This document shows positions 18,231 to 26,730 of a stretch of DNA of 64,000 bases, piece by piece; the first letter of the stretch is position 1; every line of letters begins with the position of its first letter. The DNA is from Actinomycetota bacterium. Its GTDB lineage: Bacteria > Actinomycetota > Actinomycetes > Nanopelagicales > Nanopelagicaceae. Location of the stretch: the NCBI GenBank assembly GCA_016870815.1, contig VGAI01000001.1, positions 3,352 to 67,351 on the forward strand, in the 5' to 3' direction. Under the pieces are notes generated by a model. The model was given only the letters and a program-made list of their open reading frames with translations. It made no database searches and was not told where the DNA came from. Position numbers and translations under genes: made by a program.

Positions 18231-19072
18231 ATATCGCTCGAGTAAGCACCTTTAGCTGGTCTGCGTCTTCGAGCTAAGACGCCATCTTGGCCGACCCGTC
18301 TTGCAATCGTGAGAAAACCGGTATGAGCATTCATCGAATGCTCCGGTCGCACCGATAATCCTTCGTGGTGCCATGGTCTGAGCAATGTCTCAAAGCTCGT
18401 AGGTTCTGAGAAGGCTCCCGACTCTTTGATCTTCTCGGCTGTCCTTGAGAGCTGGGTTGTGGTTGCCACATAGACAATGAGCACTCCGCCAGGATGAAGT
18501 ATCTGGCTCGCCACCTCAATCTGTTCCCAGGGTGCCAACATATCCAGAATCACCCTATCGACTTTCTTTCCAAGATAAGAAGTAGCAGAGAGAAAATCTC
18601 CCTCTACAATCTTCCAGTGTGCTGGTTTCTTGCCAAAGAAATCAGTGACATTCCTTTCGGCAATTCGGACGAAATCATCACGCAATTCGAAGGAAGTGAG
18701 CGAACCCGAATCTGTGATTGCACTCAAGATGGCGATACTCAGCGCACCACTTCCCGCCCCAGCCTCCGCAACCTTCATTCCTGGGCGGATGTCGCCGTAA
18801 CCGACGATCAGTGCCAGATCTTTGGGGTAGATGATCGTTGCTCCACGCTTCATTCCAAGCACGTAATCGGCAAGCAGTGGCTTGAAGGCCTGGAATTTCA
18901 TCCCAGAGCTAGTCACTAAAATTGAACCTTCTTCTGACCCAGCTATCTCATCATGCTTGAGAAATCCTTTGTGGGTATGAAGAGTCTCCCCTGGCGTCAA
19001 GGTAAAAGAGATCATGCGCCCCTTTTCATCTTGAAGTTGTATCCGATCCCCGAAAGCAAATGGAGCGCTCAT
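18227..19072 (-). CDS. trmI: tRNA (adenine58-N1)-methyltransferase TrmI (Rv2118c-like)
   Basis: N-terminal beta-domain (FAFGDRIQLQDEKGR...HTHKGFLKHDEIAG) and a SAM-binding motif (VAEAGAGSGALS). Confidence 0.85.
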   Translation of the reverse strand: MSAPFAFGDRIQLQDEKGRMISFTLTPGETLHTHKGFLKHDEIAGSEEGSILVTSSGMKFQAFKPLLADYVLGMKRGATIIYPKDLALIVGYGDIRPGMKVAEAGAGSGALSIAILSAITDSGSLTSFELRDDFVRIAERNVTDFFGKKPAHWKIVEGDFLSATSYLGKKVDRVILDMLAPWEQIEVASQILHPGGVLIVYVATTTQLSRTAEKIKESGAFSEPTSFETLLRPWHHEGLSVRPEHSMNAHTGFLTIARRVGQDGVLARRRRPAKGAYSSDI

Positions 19073-19759
19073 TTAAATAAGCGCCTTTCTGCTCCGCCAA
19101 AGTTGATGCATCTCTTTCAAATCATCCAGTGAGAGCTCTTCAAGTCCCTTTCTCACGAGGATATTCTCCGAATCTGGGACCTGCTCGAAGTGAGCCAGCG
19201 CAAGAACTAAGGCCCCAGAAGCCAATCCCGAGGTAACGCCTACCTTCGAATCTTCCACCACAAGGCAATCGCTGGGATGAACTCCAAAACGGCGCGCTGC
19301 TTCAAGGTATGGCAATGGATCCGGCTTAGTCCGCTCCATATCACCGGCGGCTATCGCAAAAGCAAAAATCCCCGGATTTGCAGAGAGCACCTGATCAACA
19401 ATGGGGCGGTCACTCGCACTGACGAGCGCTTGATCAATCCCTTGCTCCTTCGCCTCCATCAAGAGTTGATAGGCACCTGGCATTAAGGTGACGCCCGATT
19501 TTATCTTGGCGAGCATGGTCCGTCTCAATTCATCACCAAACCACTCTTCAGGCAAATCACTCTGACTCTTCTCCTTCATGTATTTACATACCCGAGTCAT
19601 GGGACCGCCTAGGCAGATATCACCGTCCGCCTTGCTCCACAGATAGCCAAATTGAGCCATCAACTCGCGTTCCGAATCAATCCACATCGGTTCCGAATCA
19701 ATCAAAGTTCCATCCATGTCCCAGAGAATTGCTTTCAGGGTTGAGGTCTCAATTTGCAT
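19073..19759 (-). CDS. HAD-superfamily hydrolase (beta-phosphoglucomutase / phosphatase-like)
   Basis: Motif I WDMDGTLIDSE, plus later SA/T, K and EDS motifs (VVEDSKVGVTSG). I trimmed the track ORF (to 19864) to the ATG at 19759, placing motif I at residues 14-18. This start overlaps the metH stop by 11 nt. Confidence 0.75.
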   Translation of the reverse strand: MQIETSTLKAILWDMDGTLIDSEPMWIDSERELMAQFGYLWSKADGDICLGGPMTRVCKYMKEKSQSDLPEEWFGDELRRTMLAKIKSGVTLMPGAYQLLMEAKEQGIDQALVSASDRPIVDQVLSANPGIFAFAIAAGDMERTKPDPLPYLEAARRFGVHPSDCLVVEDSKVGVTSGLASGALVLALAHFEQVPDSENILVRKGLEELSLDDLKEMHQLWRSRKALI

Positions 19760-22700
19760 TGAAGTACTTCGCCTCTGGGTGATGCACGATGATGGCCGAA
19801 GTGCTCTGTTCTGGATGTAGCTGAAACTCCTCAGATAGGGAGACATCGATACGTTCTGGCTCAAGTAACTCTATAATGAACTCCTGTTGCTCTAGATCGG
19901 GACATGCGGGATAACCAAAGCTATATCGCGACCCTCGATAACCTTGATCCAAAATTTCGCTCACATCACTCCCATCTTCGCTCGCGAATCCGAGCTCTTC
20001 TCGTATCCGAGCATGCCAATGCTCTGCAAGGGCCTCTGTCAGTTGCACTGATAGCCCGTGAAGTTCAAGATATTCGCGATAGCTGTTCCTTTCAAAGAGC
20101 GCTGCCGTCGCGCGAGATGCAGCGTGGCCCATAGTCACTATATGAAATGCGACTACATCGAATTCTCCCGGTGCAAGCTCATCTTTCGACCTGAAGAAAT
20201 CGCTGATACAGAGCCGACGATCTCTCGTTTGCCTTGGAAACCGGAAGCGAAGCCTCTCCTGGCCCTTCTTCTCCCCGTCGTGCCAGAGGATTACCAATTC
20301 ATTTCCATCACTTAAACAAGGGAAATATCCGTAAACAACCGCGGGGTCTATCCACCCAGAAGTCTTTGCTTCGTTGAGAAGTCCGCGAAGTCGAGGACGA
20401 CCCTCTCGCTCGCACATCTCATCGAATCTACCGCGAGCGCCATCTAAGCCCCATTGACCTACAAAGAGGGCTCGCTCATCAAGCATCGAAAGATAATCTG
20501 CGAGCGGCACGCCCTTGATTACTCGCGAACCAAGAAATGGTGGCGCAGGAATATTAACATTCCTTGCCACTTCACTTCGGCGGAAATCTTCTCCACCCTG
20601 TTCTCTGACTTTTCGCTCCGTCTTACGTTTTCGCAATGGGGGCAACTCGGCTCCTGGCTCTCCGCGCTTGATTGCCATGAGGGTATTCATCAGATCCAAT
20701 CCCTCAAAGGCATCCTTCGCATAACGCACCGTTCCGGCGAATTCACCAGCAAGATCATCCTCAACAAAAGTGCGAGTAAGTGCTGCTCCGCCGAGAATTA
20801 TTGGCCACCGCGATGAAAGTCCACGAGAAGATATCTCAGCAAGGTTCTCCCGCATGATGACAGTGGACTTCACCAGGAGACCACTCATTCCGATCACATC
20901 AACCTTCTCGGCTTCTGCGGCATCAAGAATCTGATTTATTGTCTGCTTAATACCAATATTGACAGTTCTGTATCCATTGTTCGAAAGTATGATGTCAACC
21001 AAGTTCTTACCGATATCGTGAACATCTCCTTTCACGGTTGCCAGCAACATTGTCCCTCGATCTTGCGCGCTAGAACGCTGCATCTTTGGTTCGAGATGAG
21101 CGACCGCTTGTTTCATCACCTCAGCCGATTGGAGAACAAAGGGCAACTGCATCTCCCCTTTGCCAAAAAGCTCGCCCACCACTTTCATCCCCTCAAGGAG
21201 ATGGTCATTGATGATTGCAAGAGGCGCTATTCCCTCTTGGAAAGCCTGGTCGAGATCATCGGTGAGGCCCTTACGCTCGCCATCGATGATTCGAACCTGC
21301 AGCCGCTCGCGAAGCGGCTTTGACATCATCTCCTCGAACTTTGTCGCTTTTGCCGAAACTAGTTCGACACCCTCAAAGATGGCAAGAAACTCTTGTAGCG
21401 GGTCGTAGGTGCATCTCTCTCCCTCGAATTTCCTTCGGTCGTAGATCAAATCCAACGCTACCTCTCGCACCTTCTCATCTATTCGGGCTAAGGGTTCGAT
21501 TTTCGAGGGATGAACTATCGCCGCAGTCAATCCACGTTCCACGGCCTCATAAAGGAAGACCGAATTGAGAACAACACGCGCTGCTGGGTTCAAACCGAAC
21601 GACACATTGCTTACGCCAAGCACCATCTGAATCTCGGGATAAAGGCGCCGCAGTTCTTCGATTGCATCAAGGGTTTCAATCCCATCGCGCCGAGTCTCTT
21701 CTTGTCCAGTGGCAATCGGGAAAGTCAGGCAATCGATCATGATCTCTTCCCGGTTCATCTGCCAGTTGTTGACCAGATCTTCTATCAAACGAGTTGCAAC
21801 TTTCACCTTCCACGAGGCAGTCCTTGCTTGACCTTCTTCATCGATAGTGAGGGCAATCACCGCTGCTCCGTGTTCCTTGACCAGAGGCATGATCTGCGCG
21901 AAGCGAGATTTTGGCCCAACACCGTCTTCGTAATTGACTGAGTTGATAACACATTTGCCACCTAAAGCTTCTAGGCCTGCCTTGAGCACTGCGGGTTCAG
22001 TTGAATCAAGAACAATCGGGAGAGTTACCGTTGTGGCGAATCGCGAGGCGATCTCGCGCATATCGGATGCACCATCTCGCCCTACAAAATCAACTGAAAG
22101 ATCGATCATATGCGCACCTTCTGCGATCTGATCTTTGGCGATATCTACACAGCGCTGCCAATCTTCAGCAAGAAGCGCATCTCTAAAGGCTCTCGATCCG
22201 TTTGCATTGCTCCGTTCCCCTATCGAGAGATAGGTGTTCTGCTGTCGAAACGGAACGAACTGATAAAGCGAACTTGCACCGGCTTCAGGCTGAACTTGAC
22301 GCCCTATTAACCGAAACTCTCGAAACTCCTTCGCAACTTTCTCCAAGTGAGCTGGTGTTGTCCCGCAACAGCCTCCAACGATTCGAACACCATAGTCGCG
22401 GGCAAAGGTCTTAAGCGAAGAAGCTAAGTCCGTGGGCCCGAGGTCATAGCGCGGCCCCTCGGGGGTAAGCACCGGCAATCCAGCATTAGGCATGCAGGAA
22501 ATAGGAATATTTGTCGACTGCGAAAGTTGGCGCAGATGCTCCGACATCTCAGCAGGGCCTGTCGCGCAATTCATCCCTATAAGATCGACATCGAGTGATT
22601 CGATGGTTGAGAGAGCCGCCAATGTTTCACTGCCAAGGAGCATTGTTCCGGTCATCTCGACAGTTATCTGTGCCACGAGAAGAAGATCGCGAGTCGAGTT

Positions 22701-23282
22701 CAAGATCGCTTGTCTGGCACCGTTAATCGCTGCCTTAATCTGTAGAAGATCCTGTGATGTCTCGATGATGATCGCATCAACACCACCATCTATCAATCCT
22801 CGCGCATTCTCGAAATACGCTTCTTTCAGCGTTGCATAGGTGACATGGCCAAGCGTTGGCAACTTTGTGCCAGGACCGATTGATCCAAACACCCATCGGG
22901 GAGCGTCATCGCTGGAGAACTCATCAGCAACTTCACGTGCGACTTTTGCTCCAGCAACCGAGAGTTCATATATTTGAGACTCGATTCCATACTCGGCAAG
23001 ATTTGCCAGATTTGCACCAAAGGTATTGGTCTCGACCGCGTCAACTCCGGCGGCAAAATAGGCGCGATGAATTTCGGCTATCAGATCCGGGCGAGAACGA
23101 TTAAGGACCTCATTGCATCCTTCGTGACCCTCAAAGTCCGCGATTGTGGGATTGGCGCTCTGAATCATGGTGCCCATGGCGCCATCAACCACCACAACCC
23201 GCTCAGCAAGAGCCCTTCGAAGCGAGGAAGGTTCTCGTCCAAATCGCGCCTTAGGTATTTCAACAGATTTCAGCGCGCTCAT
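19749..23282 (-). CDS. metH: Cobalamin-dependent methionine synthase
   Basis: 1177 aa with all four modules. These are the Hcy-binding domain (Zn Cys in GGCCGTTP), the pterin-binding domain, the B12-binding domain with DxHxxG (GDVHDIGKN), and the AdoMet activation domain. Confidence 0.95.
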   Translation of the reverse strand: MSALKSVEIPKARFGREPSSLRRALAERVVVVDGAMGTMIQSANPTIADFEGHEGCNEVLNRSRPDLIAEIHRAYFAAGVDAVETNTFGANLANLAEYGIESQIYELSVAGAKVAREVADEFSSDDAPRWVFGSIGPGTKLPTLGHVTYATLKEAYFENARGLIDGGVDAIIIETSQDLLQIKAAINGARQAILNSTRDLLLVAQITVEMTGTMLLGSETLAALSTIESLDVDLIGMNCATGPAEMSEHLRQLSQSTNIPISCMPNAGLPVLTPEGPRYDLGPTDLASSLKTFARDYGVRIVGGCCGTTPAHLEKVAKEFREFRLIGRQVQPEAGASSLYQFVPFRQQNTYLSIGERSNANGSRAFRDALLAEDWQRCVDIAKDQIAEGAHMIDLSVDFVGRDGASDMREIASRFATTVTLPIVLDSTEPAVLKAGLEALGGKCVINSVNYEDGVGPKSRFAQIMPLVKEHGAAVIALTIDEEGQARTASWKVKVATRLIEDLVNNWQMNREEIMIDCLTFPIATGQEETRRDGIETLDAIEELRRLYPEIQMVLGVSNVSFGLNPAARVVLNSVFLYEAVERGLTAAIVHPSKIEPLARIDEKVREVALDLIYDRRKFEGERCTYDPLQEFLAIFEGVELVSAKATKFEEMMSKPLRERLQVRIIDGERKGLTDDLDQAFQEGIAPLAIINDHLLEGMKVVGELFGKGEMQLPFVLQSAEVMKQAVAHLEPKMQRSSAQDRGTMLLATVKGDVHDIGKNLVDIILSNNGYRTVNIGIKQTINQILDAAEAEKVDVIGMSGLLVKSTVIMRENLAEISSRGLSSRWPIILGGAALTRTFVEDDLAGEFAGTVRYAKDAFEGLDLMNTLMAIKRGEPGAELPPLRKRKTERKVREQGGEDFRRSEVARNVNIPAPPFLGSRVIKGVPLADYLSMLDERALFVGQWGLDGARGRFDEMCEREGRPRLRGLLNEAKTSGWIDPAVVYGYFPCLSDGNELVILWHDGEKKGQERLRFRFPRQTRDRRLCISDFFRSKDELAPGEFDVVAFHIVTMGHAASRATAALFERNSYREYLELHGLSVQLTEALAEHWHARIREELGFASEDGSDVSEILDQGYRGSRYSFGYPACPDLEQQEFIIELLEPERIDVSLSEEFQLHPEQSTSAIIVHHPEAKYFNAN

Positions 23283-23310
23283 TGGCAGAAGGTTATCGTA
23301 AAGTACTTAC

Positions 23311-24153
23311 ATGCAGCAGATTGATGTCGTCCAACTGCGAAAACCGGTGATGATTGTTGCCTTTACGGGATGGAATGATGCAGGCGAATCGGCATCATCA
23401 CTCATTCAACATCTACTCGCTCATTGGGAACATCAACTTATCCTCGAGTACGATCCAGAGGATTACTACGACTACCAAGTGAATCGACCATTCATTCGTA
23501 GTGAAGAGAATAAAGAGCGCGAGATTGTCTGGCCCACAACCCGTGTCTTTGCGGCACTCACTCCAGAGCTACCGAATGACTTTCTTATCGTTCTTGGTGC
23601 CGAGCCATCAATGCGATGGCAAAGTTTCAGCGCAGAGCTTCTCGATATCGCTGACGATTATGAGGTTGATCTGACGCTACTCATCGGCGGATTACTTGCC
23701 GATGTTCCCCATTCACGGCCCATCCAAGTCAATGTGACAGCAAGTCATCCCGATGTCGCAGCGAGATTTGATGTAGAGCTCTCTACTTATCAGGGCGCTA
23801 CTGGGATATTAGGAGTAATCTCCGATCTAGCATTTAAACGGGATATCAACTCCGTCTCGCTCTGGGCAGCAGTTCCTCATTATGTTTCGACAACCCCATC
23901 ACCGAAAGCCACCCTCGCTCTCGTTGAGGCTCTGGAAGATTTCCTTGAGATTTCACTTCCTGAAGCCGACCTTCGCAATCAATCTCTCGAATGGGAGAAG
24001 AGCGTTGATCGAATGGCCAGCGAGGATGCCGAAGTAGGCGAATATGTCAAGGAGTTGGAAAAGAACAAAGATGAGTCTGAGATCCAAGAGGCGACTGGTG
24101 ATTCGATAGCGAAAGAACTTGAGCGCTTCTTAAGGCGCCAAGAGAACAGTTAA
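23311..24153 (+). CDS. PAC2 (proteasome assembly chaperone 2-like) family protein, Rv2125-like
   Basis: Family-typical N-terminus (PVMIVAFTGWNDAGESASS) and an acidic C-terminal tail. It is divergent from metH, as in mycobacteria. Confidence 0.8.
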   Translation: MQQIDVVQLRKPVMIVAFTGWNDAGESASSLIQHLLAHWEHQLILEYDPEDYYDYQVNRPFIRSEENKEREIVWPTTRVFAALTPELPNDFLIVLGAEPSMRWQSFSAELLDIADDYEVDLTLLIGGLLADVPHSRPIQVNVTASHPDVAARFDVELSTYQGATGILGVISDLAFKRDINSVSLWAAVPHYVSTTPSPKATLALVEALEDFLEISLPEADLRNQSLEWEKSVDRMASEDAEVGEYVKELEKNKDESEIQEATGDSIAKELERFLRRQENS

Positions 24154-24160
24154 GTTCTTG

Positions 24161-25417
24161 CTACAGAGCCAAACCGAGAACTGAATCCAAGAATCTCGAG
24201 AGCGCACCCGGACTCATCTCTTCATTCCCGGCAAACTCAGGTTTAAGCGAGCGATCAAGATAGAGATCAAGCTTCTTGAGGGCCGATGGCGTATCCAAAT
24301 CGTTGGCCAAATCAGCAATGATTTCACTCATGAGCGGACGATAGTTCGTTAGCCCCTGTCTCCCCAAAACATTTCTCAAACGCGTGAGAAGGGTTTCTCC
24401 TCTCTGAAGGACTTCATCACTCCACTCGCGATCACTTCGATAATGCCCAAGCATCAATGCGATTCGTATCGCCATGGGGTCAACTCCGGAAGCAATGAGT
24501 CGAGAAACGAAAACGAGATTTCCACGGCTCTTACTCATCTTCTCGCCCTGGTAAGCAATCATCCCGGCATGGACATAGTGATGCGCAAAATTGCGGCCCT
24601 GGATCGCACGCGCTTGGAGAGCGGTCATAAAGTGATGCGGAAAGAAAAGATCACTACCGCCACCTTGAAGATCGATCGACCACTGTCGAGGTGTAAAGGA
24701 TTCCTCTTCACCCAGCGCCATCGCGATTGCGTTACATTCAATATGCCAACCTGGTCGCCCACTCCCAAATGAACTCTCCCAGGACGGTTCACCAAAAGCG
24801 CTAGCTCGCCAGAGCAGTGGATCTAGTGGATGATGCTTGCCCTCGCGAGAAGGATCGCCGCCGCGACTGGCAAAGAGCTCTACCGCTTGATCCAGCGCCA
24901 TTGGCAAGATCGTGTAACCATCCAAGAGCGCACCATCAAGATAAATATCACTCCCAAGGCGATAAGTCTTACCTGAACGAATCAATTTCTCTATCAGCTC
25001 GATAATTCTCGGCATCGCTTCACTAACTGATTCAAAAACCTTGGGCGGAAGTACCCGCAGTGCCGCCATATCTGATCGGAAGAGATCAATTTGTCCTGCA
25101 CCGAGCTCTGACCAATCCACTCCGTCTCGATGGGCTCGTTCGAAAAGCGGATCATCGATATCAGTCACATTCTCGATAAAGCGCACTTCGCGACCACTTG
25201 CAAGCAAGTAACGCTGGATAAGATCAAATGAAAGATAGGTAGCAGCATGTCCGAGATGAGTGGCATCGTAAGGGGTGATCCCACAGACGTACATGGTGAA
25301 AGGGCCATCGTTAGAAACTGGTTCGACTATCTGGCGATAACTATTGAAGAGCGAGAGGGTCGGAAAGGCGAGGTTCTTCTCAACTGGGTCCAGAGTGAGA
25401 GAGGGCCATGAACGCAC
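24161..25417 (-). CDS. mshC: L-cysteine:1D-myo-inositol 2-amino-2-deoxy-alpha-D-glucopyranoside ligase (mycothiol biosynthesis)
   Basis: CysRS-like class I fold with a HIGH-type motif (YVCGITPYDATHLGHAATY) and KMSKSRGN. It has no anticodon-binding extension. The N-terminus (M)RSWPS resembles MshC. GTG start. Confidence 0.9.
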   Translation of the reverse strand: MRSWPSLTLDPVEKNLAFPTLSLFNSYRQIVEPVSNDGPFTMYVCGITPYDATHLGHAATYLSFDLIQRYLLASGREVRFIENVTDIDDPLFERAHRDGVDWSELGAGQIDLFRSDMAALRVLPPKVFESVSEAMPRIIELIEKLIRSGKTYRLGSDIYLDGALLDGYTILPMALDQAVELFASRGGDPSREGKHHPLDPLLWRASAFGEPSWESSFGSGRPGWHIECNAIAMALGEEESFTPRQWSIDLQGGGSDLFFPHHFMTALQARAIQGRNFAHHYVHAGMIAYQGEKMSKSRGNLVFVSRLIASGVDPMAIRIALMLGHYRSDREWSDEVLQRGETLLTRLRNVLGRQGLTNYRPLMSEIIADLANDLDTPSALKKLDLYLDRSLKPEFAGNEEMSPGALSRFLDSVLGLAL

Positions 25418-25452
25418 TAGCAGAGCCTACTAATCAACGAAAAGCAGTATGA

Positions 25453-25500
25453 ATTGGATTCCCTTTCGAATCCAATCTGTCGAATCCAATCTGTCGAATC
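25453..25500. repeat. 9-bp perfect inverted repeat fused to a 14-nt tandem direct repeat (2.5 copies)
   Basis: ATTGGATTC (25453-25461) and GAATCCAAT (25468-25476) flank a 6-nt loop. TCGAATCCAATCTG occurs at 25466-25479 and 25480-25493, with a partial third copy at 25494-25500. The feature lies in the 93-nt gap upstream of mshC. Confidence 0.7.
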
Positions 25501-25510
25501 AAGCGCTCAC

Positions 25511-26203
25511 TCAAACGGGAGGCCACGGAACGGCGGGCCATTCCTCACTTGGCATAGGCATAGCGTTGAGATCACTTAGTTTTGAGATGCGAGAACAGAG
25601 CGCCTCTATCTCCACCTCGGTCACATGTTCACTCAAAAACTTCGCAATCTCATTCGAATTGGCAAGCGCCGAATCCAGGAGCGCCTGCTCGCTCTCGGTC
25701 AGCGCCAGACCGGCGAACTGCCAGAGCACTGTCCGCAGCTTCTCTTCCCGATGGAAAGTGACGCCATGATCACAGCCAAAGAGACGACCGCTTGAGTCAA
25801 CGAGAAGATGACCGAACTTTCTATCCGTGTTGTTGATGATGGCATCAAAGAGGGCGAGTGAGCGCAGTTGTGAATCTTCACTCTGGCCAAACTCAATGAG
25901 ATCTAGATCAGCATCAATCTCAATCCATCGCTGGACCATCCCTGGACCAAAAGGGCCTTCCCTCAGAATCGTTTCGGGGACTAAGTGCAATCCAAGTTTC
26001 TCACTCAGGAGGAAACTAGCAACCTCTCGGCCGGCCAAAGTGCCATCCGGAAAATCCCAGAGAGGTCTCTCCCCCGCAACGGGCTTGTAAATGACTTTTC
26101 CATATCCCTCAATTTCTCCCAGCAAAGTTGCATTCGATGCATCAACTAATCGATGAGTAATCCTCAACTCGCCTGTTAGCATCTCCTTAGAATCAAGTTT
26201 CAT
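25511..26203 (-). CDS. SCO1664-family protein (PI3/PI4-kinase-like fold; Rv2133c-like), function unknown
   Basis: Family pattern ...ASNATLLGE...VIYKPVAGERPLWDFPDGTLAGREVA... Kinase-like catalytic elements are intact (NNTDRKFGH and CDHG). ATGA overlap with the upstream gene. Confidence 0.75.
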   Translation of the reverse strand: MKLDSKEMLTGELRITHRLVDASNATLLGEIEGYGKVIYKPVAGERPLWDFPDGTLAGREVASFLLSEKLGLHLVPETILREGPFGPGMVQRWIEIDADLDLIEFGQSEDSQLRSLALFDAIINNTDRKFGHLLVDSSGRLFGCDHGVTFHREEKLRTVLWQFAGLALTESEQALLDSALANSNEIAKFLSEHVTEVEIEALCSRISKLSDLNAMPMPSEEWPAVPWPPV

Positions 26204-26730
26204 CGTCGATACCCATTGGCACGAGGGCAGAGATGTCCACTTGGATCGAGTGGCGAACCGCAGAATGTGCAGGGACGCCTTCCTGCCTCCACAACTTTGA
26301 TGGTTCGGCGGGCAAACTCCGCCGCCTGTTCGAGAGTCAACTTCGCCTCTAGCTTGGTTATATCGCCGGCCTCTTCCTGGTTCGTCCCCTCAAGTGCGAC
26401 ATCATCGGGGATCTCCGTGGCAGAAAAGAGGAGCATCGAATCTTCTTCATCCCAGGTAAGACTCATCGAACCTATCGCAAATTCGCTTTCGACAGGCATC
26501 TCAAGAGGGCCATCATCACTCTTAAATGGACCGTAACCCAATCCATAGCGACGCTTCACCTCACGGATGATTTCGCGCATCCGCTCTGCTAGCGCTGCTG
26601 CCTGACCCTTCTCAAGCTTGAATGATCGAATTTGAGTTAGAGAGCGAAGCTGAAGGAAAAATTCTCGTTCACCTGGCATCCCAACGGTACCCACAACAAA
26701 ACGTTCTATTGATTCGAATTTGAAACTCAT
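26200..26730 (-). CDS. DUF3090-family protein (Rv2134c-like) with a C-terminal three-Cys motif, function unknown
   Basis: N-terminus FESIERFVVGTVGMPGEREFFLQ. C-terminus CTFCGSPLDPSGHLCPRANG (C-x2-C-x10-C). Its start abuts the upstream stop (TAG-ATG). Confidence 0.75.
   Translation of the reverse strand: MSFKFESIERFVVGTVGMPGEREFFLQLRSLTQIRSFKLEKGQAAALAERMREIIREVKRRYGLGYGPFKSDDGPLEMPVESEFAIGSMSLTWDEEDSMLLFSATEIPDDVALEGTNQEEAGDITKLEAKLTLEQAAEFARRTIKVVEAGRRPCTFCGSPLDPSGHLCPRANGYRR

Noticed and set aside
23283-23310. Possible cobalamin riboswitch or regulatory leader for metH.
   Set aside because: Only 28 nt separate metH from the divergent PAC2 gene, so there is no room for a B12 element. B12 riboswitches normally control metE, not metH.
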